Source: Octopus sinensis (lineage: Eukaryota). Taken from it: a DNA stretch of 64,000 nt. A program made the position numbers and the translations under genes. The DNA is taken from assembly GCF_006345805.1 (NCBI RefSeq), contig NC_043018.1:20088001-20152000 (forward strand), read 5' to 3'. Positions 51,744-63,873 of the stretch are shown piece by piece. Every line of letters begins with the position of its first letter. Position 1 is the first letter of the stretch. The notes below the pieces were generated by a model, which saw only the letters and a program-made list of their open reading frames with translations, ran no database searches and had not been told where the DNA came from.

Positions 51744-52424
51744 CTATAATAGAAGGAAGGTTTTTTATGATACTTTAGGGGTATCTTCTTCCATTATGAT
51801 ACTTTAGGGGTATCTTCTTCCATGTTGAATCAAGGAACTGAATCAACTAAAAAAAGTGGTCCCTAATATATTTTAGCTCATGACAAGCCCTTGGTAACTT
51901 TCGTTTTTAGCTTATGATAAGCCCTTGGTAACTTTCGTTTTGCTGTAGGTTCACCCTAGACATTGTTAGTGAAAGAAGTATTTCAGGTTTATGATAAAAG
52001 GGGGGAAAATAAAACACAATAGTTGAAACAGGTAGATCACTTTTGAAACATTCAAAACCTTTAATAAAAATATAAAATTTGAAAAGAACTATCAAATAAT
52101 AACAACATTTTAAATATTAATTGCTTGAAATTAGTTTTATCATCATGAAATTTATTTCTATGAATATTTAAAATTTCATAATATCTAATGGAAACAATTT
52201 TTGAACAAAAATTTATAATGATAAATAAACATAAAAAAACCTCAATTCTTTTCAAAGGTTTTTCTCCCATTAAAGTAATGATCTCCATTAAAATATCAGA
52301 GTCTGTTAATTGTATATTTATTCTCAATTATTCTATTTCAAAAAGCAAAAATATTTTGTAGGTTCAGTAAAACAACTGTTTATAAATGTACGTTAGGTTT
52401 TTTTTGTAATTTTTTTGTTTGGTT

Positions 52425-52785
52425 GTCTGGTAAGAAGTTTGTTTCTTAACCATGTGGTTCTGGGTTCAGTCCTACTGCATGGCACCTTGAGTAACTGTCT
52501 TCTACTTTAGCCTCAAGCCAACTGAAGCCTTGTGAGTGGATCTGGTAAATGGAAACTGGAAGAAGCCTGTCGTGTGTGTGTGTGGCTTTGTGTCTGTTTA
52601 TCTCCAACCACCAATTGACAACTAGTGTCAGTATGTCTATGGCACTATAACTTAGCAGTTTGGCAAAAGAGACCAATGGAATATGTACCAGATTTCAAAA
52701 AAATAATTTATTTGAATAAAAATTCTTCAAGGTGTTGCCCCAGCATGGCCACAGTTTAATGACTGAAACACGTAAAAGATAAGAC
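52425..52785 (+). mobile_element. SINE-B copy, diverged
   Basis: Family homology. Confidence 0.75.
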
Positions 52786-53185
52786 ACACATAACTAAAAA
52801 AACTTCTTTGAGAAATTTAATAACTCCTAAAACCACATGGCTGAATGGTTAGAGTGTTGGACTTATGAACATAAGATTGTGGTTTCAATTCCTGCACCAG
52901 GCAGTGTGTTGTATTCTTGAGCAAAATACTTCATTTCATGTTGCTCCAGTTGGCTCAACGGGCAAAAGTGTGTAAACCTACAGTGGACCAGCATCCCATC
53001 CAGGTGTGGGATATATACGCCATGGAAACTAGTAAACTGTGATTAAACTGGTCCTATATGACTTGGGAAGGATCTTTACCTTTATATCTTTTTTTTATCC
53101 TAAAAAATTATCACTTTTTTAGCACAAAAGTAAAATCCTTTTACAAAATATATCATATTACCTTTTTACCGTATTTATTTAAATG

Positions 53186-53553
53186 GAAGCACTCCATCGG
53201 TTCCGATGATGAGAGTTCCGGTTGATCCGATCAACGGAACAGCCTGCTCGTGAAATTAACGTGTAAGTGGCTGAGCACTCCACAGACACGTGTACCCTTA
53301 ACGTAGTTCTCGGGGATATTCAGCATGACACAGAGAGTGACAAAGCCGGCCCTTTGAAATACAGGTACAACAGAAACAGGAAGTAAGAGTGAGAGAGAGT
53401 TGTGGTGAAAGAGTACAGCAGGGATCACCACCATCCCCTGCCGGAGCCTCGTGGAGCTTTTAGGTGTTTTCGCTCAATAAACACTCACAACGCCCGGTCT
53501 GGGAATCGAAACCGCGAGTCCGTGCCCTAACCACTGGGCCATTGCGCCTCCAC
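53186..53553 (-). mobile_element. SINE-D copy with TSD
   Basis: TSD atttatttaaatg at 53173 and 53554. Confidence 0.92.
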
Positions 53554-53679
53554 ATTTATTTAAATGAGATCGTTGTGGCTGATGTAGTTTAACAAGTTTT
53601 TCGGTACAATTGTTGTTAGAGACAAATGCAAAAACTTCTAGGTGATACCAAGCTTTTGAATTGTAGGAAAGACACTCGC

Positions 53680-54073
53680 TTAAAACCTGTCACAACAAGT
53701 TAAGTAAGTACAGAAGGCAATGAAATATAATTTTACTTCCTGCCAAGGCAATGGGAATTCCAGAACAATTTCGTTACTTCTCCATAAGTTATTAAATTCA
53801 TGATTAAATTCAGCTTGTGCAATTTGATTACTCTGCAAATCAATAAGGCTTTCTTGTAGTCTGATATCAACATCAGCTGTATTTATCACAAAGGGGTCTG
53901 CCATGCAAACTTGGAATGATCATTTCAAAGAGGTCTTTGACCCTAATTTCCATATCATTGTGCAATTTCTTCAAGTGCTCAATGTGTACTAAAAATATCA
54001 TCTTCTTGCATTTCCTCCTAAAGGGCCTAATGTTAATCCTGAACAGATTAAGCGTTTTGAAGGAAACCTCCAA
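53680..54073 (-). pseudogene. hAT (Buster/Charlie-like) transposase C-terminal fragment, frameshifted
   Basis: HIEHLKKLHNDMEIRVKDLFEMIIPS / DPFVINTADVDIRLQESLIDLQSN...LWRSNEIVLEFPLPWQEVKLYFIAF resembles the W..NPF...LQEELIEL...FW...YP.L...L.F dimerisation region of hAT transposases. Confidence 0.75.
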
Positions 54074-54869
54074 GGGCTTCTTTGGAAATTAAAAGATTTG
54101 TATTTTTACCTTGTAGCTGTTTGTTCAGAAAATTTAGTTTATAAAATATATCTGAAAGTTAGAATATGTCGCATTTGGCAACTAAGATTTCTTCTCCAAG
54201 GTGCTTATTATTCGGAAACGTTACAGCACTATCCCAAAGTGCTACAAACCAACACTGGAAATTACCCTAAAAAACTGTCATGGAATGCGTATCCTTCTAG
54301 GCTGTAGTATAATAGTTAATTCATACAAGATTTACCAATGCTATCTTGATCCTTTATTCATCATTCATAAATTATCATCAAAGTGTTGAATGGATTCTGT
54401 TTTATTTGTCAATCATGATGGAATTTAAACTATTCTCACATTGACTCTGAAAATTTCATATTGGAGCTTCCAGCGTGAATAACAAGCAGTACAGTGTGTT
54501 TCCAAATTTCTGGCAGAAAGAATTGTATCATGGTGCTGTTTTACTCACAGATGGTGCCCAACTGACCCTACTATACTGTGTAGTCGACAAAATCAAAAAC
54601 AAACAATGCACAAGCGCGAAATTAAAATTATAAAATGGGGGCAATTGACCCATCGTATCTTTTATATACAAGAATTATAGAATTTGGTAATTTTGTATAG
54701 TAATGTATACCTAATACCTTTTACTATGGTCACCTGATCATAATTTGTCTTCTGTATACCTATCTATCTATTTACACACTCACATGTATACACGCATGCA
54801 TGTCACAATGGAGTTGTGGTGCGATTTTAAAACATTACATTCTCCATTATATTCACTTATATTTTGATG

Positions 54870-55259
54870 CTTGCGAAGACCTGCTGAGACAAGTGAAATC
54901 GAAATCGAAATCGAAATTGATCAAAAATCAATGGAAATTGCAGTTGTGATACCAGTGCCAGTGGCACGTACAAGAACCATCCGATCGTGGCCGTTGCCAG
55001 CGCCGCCTCGATTGGCCTCCATGCCGGTGGCACGTAAAAAGCACCAATCTGATCGTGGCCGTTGCCAGCCTCACCTGGCACATAAAAAGCACCCACTACA
55101 CTCACGGAGTGGTTGGCGTTGGGAAGGGCATCCAGCTGTAGAAACACTGCCAGATCAGAAGGGCCTGGTGCAGCCTCCTTCGCTTCCCAGACCCCAGTTG
55201 AACCGTCCAACCCATGCTAGCATGGAAAGCGGACATTAAACGATGATGATGATGATGAT
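54870..55259 (+). mobile_element. SINE-C copy
   Basis: Family homology, (GAT)n tail. Confidence 0.85.
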
Positions 55260-55271
55260 TATTATGTATCA

Positions 55272-55475
55272 TTTACTCTTTTACTTTTTTCAGTCATTTG
55301 ACTGTGGCCATGCTGGAGCACCGCCTTTAGTCGAGCAAATCGACCCCGGGACTTATTCTTTGTAAGCCCAGTACTTATTCTATCGGTCTCTTTTGCCGAA
55401 CCGCTAAGTGACGGGGACATAAACACACCAGCATCGGTTGTCAAGCAATGCTAGGGGGACAAACACAGACACACA

Positions 55476-55506
<31 letters not shown>

Positions 55507-55679
55507 CATATATACGACAGGCTTCTTTCAGTTTCCGTCTACCAAATCCACTCACAAGGCATTGGTCGGCCCGGGGCTATAGCAGAAGACACTTGCCCAA
55601 GATGCCATGCAGTGGGACTGAACCCGGAACCATGTGGTTGGTTAGCAAGCTACTTACCACACAGCCACTCCTGCGCCTA
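55272..55679 (-). mobile_element. SINE-B copy, full length
   Basis: Highly similar to 19718-20131. Confidence 0.9.
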
Positions 55680-55982
55680 TTACATATCAAAGTGTTCCAT
55701 TTTTTTTTTATGTCATTGACCTTTACCGTTAATAACCGATTCTTGTGTGAATCTGTTTCTGTGGAACAAAGCAAGGCAAAACTATTGAGTTCTAGGTAGA
55801 CACCATTACTCTGTCACAATGTAATTACTTCAGTTTACACAGAATATCTCTGATTAAACCATTATTAGTTGATTGATATCAATATACAACAATATTGATA
55901 GAATTAATATTGGAGAAAATTACATAATGAACAAGGAAATCTTCAATAGTTTTGTTAATCTGTTATTACTCTTCATTATCGA

Positions 55983-56260
55983 GTGTGAGGGCACGTAGCC
56001 TAGTGGTTAGGGTGCTGCACTCGCAATTGTGAGATCGTGGTTTCAAGTCCTGGACCGGCTGGTGCATTGTGTTCTTGAGCAAAACATTTCATCTCCTGTT
56101 GATCTGTGATCACTTTGACACCTGACATGTGGTGCACTGTGTACCTGTTCAGGTAATGTTGATAGAGGGAGGGAGGGAGGGAGGGAGTGAGTACAGCATG
56201 TGCATTTGACCCCCGTGAACAGATCATTTGTGTAGGTCATTCAGCGAAACCTGAAAACTG
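55983..56260 (+). mobile_element. SINE-F copy
   Basis: tagcctagtggttagg A box, ggtttcaagtcc B box, gtgttcttgagcaaaac segment; relatives at 52836-52960 and 58775-58900. Confidence 0.75.
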
Positions 56261-56340
56261 ATACATCATCCTTGACATGAGATTCCATCATCATCATCTT
56301 CATCATTATATGTGTGTGTATGTATGAATGTATATATATA

Positions 56341-56371
<31 letters not shown>

Positions 56372-56408
56372 GTATGTGTATGTATATATATATTGTGTGT
56401 GTGTGTGT

Positions 56409-56909
56409 ATATATATATATAAAAACGGCAAAATGTCTGTGTCTGTGTGTCCTTTATACAAATCCACAGTCTTTCACATAAAAGGCTCACATTTTCTATG
56501 GGCTTTCAAAACTGTCTGAGGGTGGCCATGAAGATCTTTTCATTTCCCCAGTCACCCCTGAAAGCCATTTAAAAAATTGATAAACTGACCCCTAATGCTC
56601 ATAAGTTATTTTGCGGGCAAATTCAAGTTTTTCGCTTTCTTCTGCCTCCTTTTTTGTCCGACTAATGGCATGTGCACAGTCCTGCTAATATCCCATGATT
56701 ATGCCATTCCAGGTGTGAAAACCAAAGTCCAGAGAATATCAATTTCTCTCATAAAAAAACTCCAAACTAGTTCAGAAACAACAAAACTGGCCTGGGCTGA
56801 AATGTGATAAGAAACTTAGCTTTAGATTTAGGGAGAAGTTTTTACTGTGACACGGCAACCAACAACAAGCACTAGCACTAGACCTGGCAATGCTGGGTTA
56901 TAGTGCTAG
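56409..56909 (+). mobile_element. Non-autonomous Helitron-like element
   Basis: 5' tatataaaaacgg + tgtctg microsatellite; 3' hairpin acctggcaatgctgggt followed by gtgCTAG|T. Confidence 0.7.
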
Positions 56910-57131
56910 TGTATATATATATAGATCGCGGGCATGGCTGTGTGGTTAGGGAGCTTGCTTCCTAGCTACATGGTTTCGGGTTCAGTCCCAATGCGTGGCA
57001 CTTTGGGTAGGTGTCTTCCACTATAGCCCGAGTCGACTGAAGCTTTGTGATTGAATTCAGTAGGCGGGAGCTACTGCCGTGTGTGTATGTGCGCATATAG
57101 CTGCTCAGTGGCTCTCTGAAAGAGAGAGATG

Positions 57132-57271
57132 GTATTGTTTAAAGAATAAAAAGTTTTGAATGGTACAACAATGTACTATAATACAAACAGTGGGCTAGGT
57201 GTATAGCCCTTTGTTTGTATTGTTGTGCATTGTTGAACCATTCAAAACTTTTTATTCTTTACAAACAATAC
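57132..57271. repeat. ~140 bp near-perfect hairpin
   Basis: Arms gtattgtttaaagaataaaaagttttgaatggt...gggcta and tagccc...accattcaaaactttttattctttacaaacaatac with a ~6 nt loop. Confidence 0.9.
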
Positions 57272-57434
57272 ACAATGCTTCAAGTGAACTACAGTACTCC
57301 CCGCGCAAGCTATGCTGATTTGATGGAGGGAGTGACCTAATGTGTGGCACAGACATTTGACCACTAGAAATAGATCATTTGTGCAGGTCCTTCAGAAAAA
57401 TCTGGACACTCATATATCAGCAATAGAAGATCAC

Positions 57435-57636
57435 TTAACCCTTTAGTGTTCTGATTATTCTATCAAACATAATGCTTATTGATTCACATTGATTTGAATT
57501 AATCATGCATTATCTCATATCTTCAAGATCTTGATGGTATAATTAGCTAATGTAGAATAGCATTGTAGGGTAGGTGTGAGAGCCTGGATCTGGTCAGTTT
57601 GAACATAAAACAGATTAAATATTTTGGCCAGGGTTA
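57435..57636. mobile_element. piggyBac-type MITE (family 2)
   Basis: TTAA|ccctttag ... aggg|TTAA. Confidence 0.72.
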
Positions 57637-57755
57637 ATAATCTATCAGAATGATCCTTTCCTCTTTTCAAGCCAAATCTAATTGAAGAATCTTTCTCCAT
57701 GGCATTTCACTAGTCTTACACCTCTGAGTTTATAGTCCTTCTTATATAAATATAT

Positions 57756-57981
57756 GTTTCTTTATTACCCACAAGGGGCTAAACACAGAGAGGACAAACA
57801 AGGGCAGACAAACGGATTAAGTCGATTATATCAACTCCAGTGCGTAACTGGTACTTATTTAATCGACCCCTGAAAGGATGAAAGGCAAAGTCGACCGTGG
57901 CAGAATTTGATCTCAGAACGTAATGGCAGATGAAATACTGCTAAGCATTTCGCCCGGTGTGCTAATGTTTCTGCCAGCCTC
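57756..57981 (-). mobile_element. SINE-A copy with 16 bp TSD
   Basis: tcttatataaatatat at 57740 and 57982. Confidence 0.9.
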
Positions 57982-58182
57982 TCTTATATAAATATATATG
58001 AACCCATGTAGTCATGTCCTATCCATCTTTTAGTGCTTCAAACTGTTCCATATCGGTTGCCTGGCAGCAGGGAAACCAGCCCCACTCAGTAATCATGATA
58101 TGATCTAACCCTTTCTGTTATAAGCACTATACTGAATGGCTTTGGTAGATGGAAACTAAAGGAAACTCATTGTGTGTATGTA

Positions 58183-58238
<56 letters not shown>

Positions 58239-59134
58239 TTATGTGTGTGTGTGTCTTTGTGTTTGTCCCCCTCACCACCATCTTTTCACAATTGATGTTG
58301 GTGTATTTATGTCCCTGTAACTTAGCAGTTCACCAAAAGAGACCAATAGAATAAGTACCAGGCTTACAACGAATAAGTCCTGGAGTTGATTTCTTCGATT
58401 AAAAATCCCCATAAGGCAGTGCTCCAGCATGGCCACGGTCTAATGATGAGAACAGGTAAAAAAAAAAAAAGGTAAGAGATATATCAATATGTAATTAAGT
58501 AGACTTGAGCAGAGAAAACTGTTTAATGGAACAAAAAGCTTGAATGGCATTGGTGGTTTTGGTCCTCCTTGGTTCGGTCTGCACCAGTTTCTTATTTGTG
58601 TCTTATTCTTATTTCAAAGAGATAGCATCTTATCCTTTTTTTTTTTTGGATTTTTTTTAATGATATTTGCCAAAAGCTGGCCTAATCTATGTGTCGAAAA
58701 ACTAACGACAATTTTTAAATGAGGCCATGCTGTCGTTAAGAACTGATGAGATGAGTTTGGTGTATCATTAGTAGCATGAGACCTAGTGGTTAATATGTTT
58801 GGATTACGATTACAAAGTTGTGGGTTCAATTCCTGGACAAGACGGCACATTGTGTTCTTAAACAAGGCCATTGTTTCACATTGCTCCAGCATACTCAACT
58901 GAAAATGACTATCAGCTTAGTATTCATGTGTCTCTCTCTCTCTCTCTCTTTCATCCTCCATTTTATGTACTGCAGGGCCAAGGGTCAGAGCATTAAGAAG
59001 GTACCTATGCTCACAACTTCATAGGGACTTAAAGCAATAAGCACCAAATTGTGGTACAAGCTATTTGGTCATACTTGCTTGTGAGTAACAGCTACACTGG
59101 ATATTTCTCGTTACTTTATCATTAGTTAGTTAAT

Positions 59135-59310
59135 TTTTTGGCTCAAAAAGCAAAAAAGCAAGGCCATGTAGGGGGACATGGAGTTATGTACAGGGTGGTG
59201 TTCAGGTAAAGAGTTCAGGCCACTTGTGGTCAAGGGAGACTTTGAACCGAGTGGTCATCGGCATCTTCACCATCTCGTCCGGCAGCTTATTCCACGGATC
59301 CGCAACACAG
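59135..59310 (-). mobile_element. CR1/L2-group LINE 3' end
   Basis: Minus strand VADPWNKLPDEMVKMPMTTRFKVSLDHKWPELF matches the WNxLPxxVV...FKxxLD C-terminus of CR1-type ORF2. Confidence 0.75.
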
Positions 59311-60009
59311 ATCCTTCATTAATACATACGAAACAAATAATTAAGCAATGGCAATACCCATTCTTTATAATCTGTGAAAAATTCTAATGTCATCCATTAT
59401 AGATTACGACAATCAGGAGGCAGAGAATATTTGTGGAGGTAACACTAAATCCATTATTAACTACAGGATATGTTGATTAATATTGCATTTCCTAAATAAT
59501 GACTTTGTCTAATGTCGTTTAAACACCATCGATCTATAGAGATTGTCTCTTTGTCAATATGTCTGTTTATGAGATAGAACTGAATCTATTGCAACTAATT
59601 CCAGAGTTTATTGTCTCACATCTATATTCTGACTTTCTCCACCAAACTGATAAGTGTCTCCAATATTTCGCTGAAATTGCTAATTATTCTGGCATTACCA
59701 TTTCGGTCTTGTTTTATTTTTATTTATTTATTTATTTTTGGGGGAGAGATGAATTTAGAATTGGTCCCTTAATGACATCAGAATTTCCTTCTAACTGGCA
59801 TTTAGGGTAACAGTCAGTGCATTAATCATTATTACAACAGTAATTTCTCAGTATGACCTCCATTTCGATGCCTGAATGGAATAAACCTCTCTTTTACATT
59901 CATAGGAAAAGTGTGAACTTCTCAACCTCTCAGGACCCCTATCCTTAAAAATTCTCAGGGTCCATTTCTCTTGTAGAAATGATTTCTTCCTTCAATATAT
60001 TAGCTCTGT

Positions 60010-60226
60010 AGGGCGGCGAGCTAGCAGAAACGCTAGCACGCTGGGTGAAATGCTTAGCGGTATTTCGTCTGTCTTTACGTTCTGAGTTCAAATTCCACCA
60101 AGGTCGACTTTGCCTTTCATCTTTCTTGGGTTGATAAATTAAGTACCAGCTGCATACTGGGTCAATGTGATCAACTGACCCCACTCACCAAAAATTTCGA
60201 GACTTGTGCCTAGAGTAGAAAAGAAA
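60010..60226 (+). mobile_element. SINE-A copy (tail variant 2) with TSD
   Basis: atattagctct at 59997 and 60227. Confidence 0.9.
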
Positions 60227-60799
60227 ATATTAGCTCTCTATTATAGAGTGTACTGGATGCTTTTTATGTGGCACCATCACCAGTGCTTTTTACATGACAC
60301 CAGCACATTATATGTGTGTGTGCATGTTTGTGTGTGTATGTGTGTGTTACTCTCATTGCCTTGACTTCGTATGATAGGGGAAAACAAATGTCACCATCAC
60401 ACAAGCAGTGACCTTCATTACCAATATTCCATGGAAACATGTCCGGCCATGGAGAAATGTTGCCTGACCTGCAACCAGGTGATGGTTGGCAACAGTAAGG
60501 GCGCCCAGCTGTTGAGAATTTGCGTCATCATATTCCATCAAACTTATGCAAGCAATGTCCTTCATTTCCAATCTTCCATGAAAACATGTCCAACCATGGA
60601 GAAATATTAGCTTGCTTGGAAACAGGTGAGGGTTGGTGACAGGGAGGGCATGCAGCTGTAAAAAAATCTGCTTCGACAAGTACTGTCTAACCCATGCAAG
60701 CATGGAAAAGTGGACGTTAAATCGTGGTGATGGTGGAATAAAACTTTTTTTTTGTGTTTGCCTCAATCGTACAGAAACACATATAGAGATATATACACA

Positions 60800-60856
60800 C
60801 TTGCAAAATCACACACATACAGACACACACAAACACATGCATAAACATGTGTGTGC

Positions 60857-60888
<32 letters not shown>

Positions 60889-61345
60889 ACACGCACACAC
60901 ACACACACACACACACACCACATATATATCTGTTGTCTTCAACTCAGTGAAACCTTCCCACATACACACACACAGACAAATACACACACACACACACATA
61001 CACACACAGATTCATAAACACACACACACAGGCAAATACACTCACACACACACATACACACACAGACTCATAAACACACACACACACACAGAGAAACATA
61101 CGCATGCAAATACACACACACACATACACACCCACACACATACACACAAACACGCACAGACTCATAAACACACACACAGAGAAACATACGCATGCAAATA
61201 CACACACACACATACACACCCACACACATACACACAACCACGCACAGACTCATAAACACACACATATACACAAACACACACCGCACACATGCAAACACAC
61301 ATGCACACACAAACACACACACGCACACCCCACAACACCCACCCC
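60800..61345. repeat. (CA)n-rich tract with ~80 bp internal repeats
   Basis: cagactcataaacacacac...gagaaacatacgcatgcaaat repeated. Confidence 0.9.
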
Positions 61346-61511
61346 AGTGCCATTGGATTTCAACAATGGACATATATATATATATATATATATAGCAATT
61401 AAGGACAACTACTTAATAAGGAAAACTTAACAAGAAATTGTCAGGTAGATAGCGTGAAAACCTCATAAGAGAAAAAATTTCGAAAATAATTATTTCTTAT
61501 TGAACATATTA

Positions 61512-61807
61512 ATTTATATATAGAGGGCATTATACATACATGCCAGATGGCATTATACATACATGCCACACGCTAAGAGGGACAATTAGTCATTTCTACC
61601 AAAAATATTACTAATCCCACCGAATGCAATTTTTCAAAGTAATCACTGTGATACAGGTCTATATTTTTTAAATGTCTTACTTTGAAAAATTGCATTCGGT
61701 GGGATTAGTAATATTTTTGGTAGAAATGACTAATTGTCCCTCTTAGCATGTGGCATGTATGTATAATGCCATCTGGCATGTATGTATAATGCCCTCTATA
61801 TATAAAT
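61512..61807. repeat. Inverted repeat, 131 bp arms, 34 bp spacer
   Basis: 61512-61642 is the reverse complement of 61677-61807 with one mismatch seen. Confidence 0.95.
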
Positions 61808-62108
61808 ATATATATATATATATCATAATACTGTACAACATATACATATCACTAGTTTTACGTTGATAGGAATCAACATGCTAAAGTGTATGAAACTCGA
61901 TATTGTTCTTGTGGTGGTTGTCGTCGTCGTCGTCGTTGTGGTTAACACAAGTCAGCAAGTGGAGAAACGGTCTGCGAGGAATCTCAACTTCTTTGTCTGA
62001 TGCGGAAAAAAAAAAAACCCCAGCAATGACAACAACAACAACAACAGCAACAAACAAACAACATTCTTCTCATCAAATTTGACTGGAACTGCTTCTGCCC
62101 CCCCCCCT

Positions 62109-62145
<37 letters not shown>

Positions 62146-62276
62146 ACCGTTTCCTAAACACAAAGGAACACTCATCAATATTTTTGCATATTTACCAACA
62201 GCTTCAAGAAAGATCATTTCCATAATACAGCATGGAACTCACCGTCAGTTCTCCCGTGCCACATCTCCTCCTCAGC

Positions 62277-62810
62277 GTCATCGTCATCGTCATCATCGCC
62301 ACCACCACCACCACCGCTGCCGCCATCATCATCACCTTCATCATCAGCAGCACTATCATCATCATCATCATCACCACCACTGCCATCATCATCACCCTCA
62401 TCATCAGCACCGTCATCATCATCATCACCACCGCTGCCGCCATCATCATCACCCTCATCAGCACTGTCATCATCATCATCATCACCACCACTGCTACCAT
62501 CATCATCATCACCTTCATTGTCAGCAGCACTGTCATCATCATCATCATCATCATCACCACCACTGCCATCATCATCGCCCTCATCATCAGCAGCACTGTC
62601 ATCATCATCATCATCATCTTTTCCGCCACCACCTCCTCCTCCTCCCCTCCTCTTCCTCCTTTGTATCCTCTTCTTTCTCCTCCTATTTGCCTTCTCTCGT
62701 TCTTTTCCTCCTTCACCCCTCTCCTCTTCCCCTCCCATCTCGTTTTTCCTTCCTTTTGTTTTTCTCCTCCCCTCCTTCCTCTTCTTCTTCTTCTTTTTCT
62801 TCCCTTTGTT
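62277..62810. repeat. (CAT/CAC)n higher-order repeat followed by a polypyrimidine tract
   Basis: Directly visible. Confidence 0.92.
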
Positions 62811-63139
62811 TCTTTGCAACAAACCATGACAAACTACAAAGAACTCCAAACAATGTTCTTTGCATCTTAAGAAGTTGCTGTGTACATGCAAACAAACACA
62901 CAAAACACACACACACACACACACACTGTACATGCTGCACATACACACACATAGCTCATAAGCAGAACGAGCCACCAAGACAGTATTTATGGCTGTAGTT
63001 TAGCTCACTCCTCCAATCTCTTCACTTATGTGTTTAACGACTTGCTATAACATGCAAGCCACAAAAACACACCCCTGAACACCACCACAACGCATAAATC
63101 TTAAACTTTTGGCCTCTCTATCTATCTCTCTCTCTCTAC

Positions 63140-63171
<32 letters not shown>

Positions 63172-63286
63172 TATGTGTGTGTGTGTGTGTGTCTGTATAC
63201 ATATATACTTATATACACACGCATATATATACATAAACTTACTTGGAAATGGATGTGTGGTGTTCAATTAAATAATAATATAAATA

Positions 63287-63317
<31 letters not shown>

Positions 63318-63319
63318 AT

Positions 63320-63525
63320 ATATAAAGTTAATCCAAACATGAAAACACAAGAGAAAACACCACAACGAGAGGATGTGGAACAAATATAGTGTTATTGGAC
63401 GCTCAGGAAGGAAAGGAAGAAGGAGGATTTAACGTTTCGAGCAGAGCTCTTCATCAGAAACATAGGAAAAGGAAAGATCCAGAGAAGGGAAAACGGAGGG
63501 GAAAAAATCGCCAATGGTACACATG
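63320..63525 (-). mobile_element. E2 hammerhead-bearing short element
   Basis: Reverse-complement homologue of 15372-15570; ends ggattaac..(TA)n. Confidence 0.78.
63427..63461 (-). ncRNA. Minimal hammerhead ribozyme with canonical core
   Basis: guuu CUGAUGA a GAGC-ucu-GCUC GAAAC GUU aaau; loopless palindromic stem III (ACGU). Confidence 0.72.
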
Positions 63526-63540
63526 CGGTCTGTAAATATA

Positions 63541-63734
63541 ATATGTGACAGTTATTTGGTAGCCATGATAAAACTCCAAGTTTCGGATGTCTGGGCGGAA
63601 ACACACGCTGCCATTTCTTCAGTTATCCGGCCATCGCAAGGAAAAAAAAAAACTGAAGAGATGGTGGCGTGGGTTTCCGCCCTGACATCTGAAACTCAGA
63701 GTTTTATCATGGCTACCAAATAATTGTCACATAT
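63541..63734. repeat. Fold-back element, ~84 bp arms, each with a hammerhead-like motif
   Basis: 63541-63624 versus 63651-63734. Plus strand: CUGAAGA GAUG..GGCG..CGCC..CAUC u GAAA CUCAGA GUU uuauc. Minus copy has stem I gauaa/uuauc. Confidence 0.8.
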
Positions 63735-63829
63735 CATGTTTATAGATATATTCCTCTATTTATGTAATATCGAGGTCTCTTTCATTCTTTTGTTGTCCTA
63801 CCATTTCAACAATATATATATGTATGTAT

Positions 63830-63873
<44 letters not shown>

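Noticed and set aside
51766-51942. Two short tandem duplications (~28 bp and ~34 bp)
   Set aside because: Ordinary local slippage duplications with no further structure.
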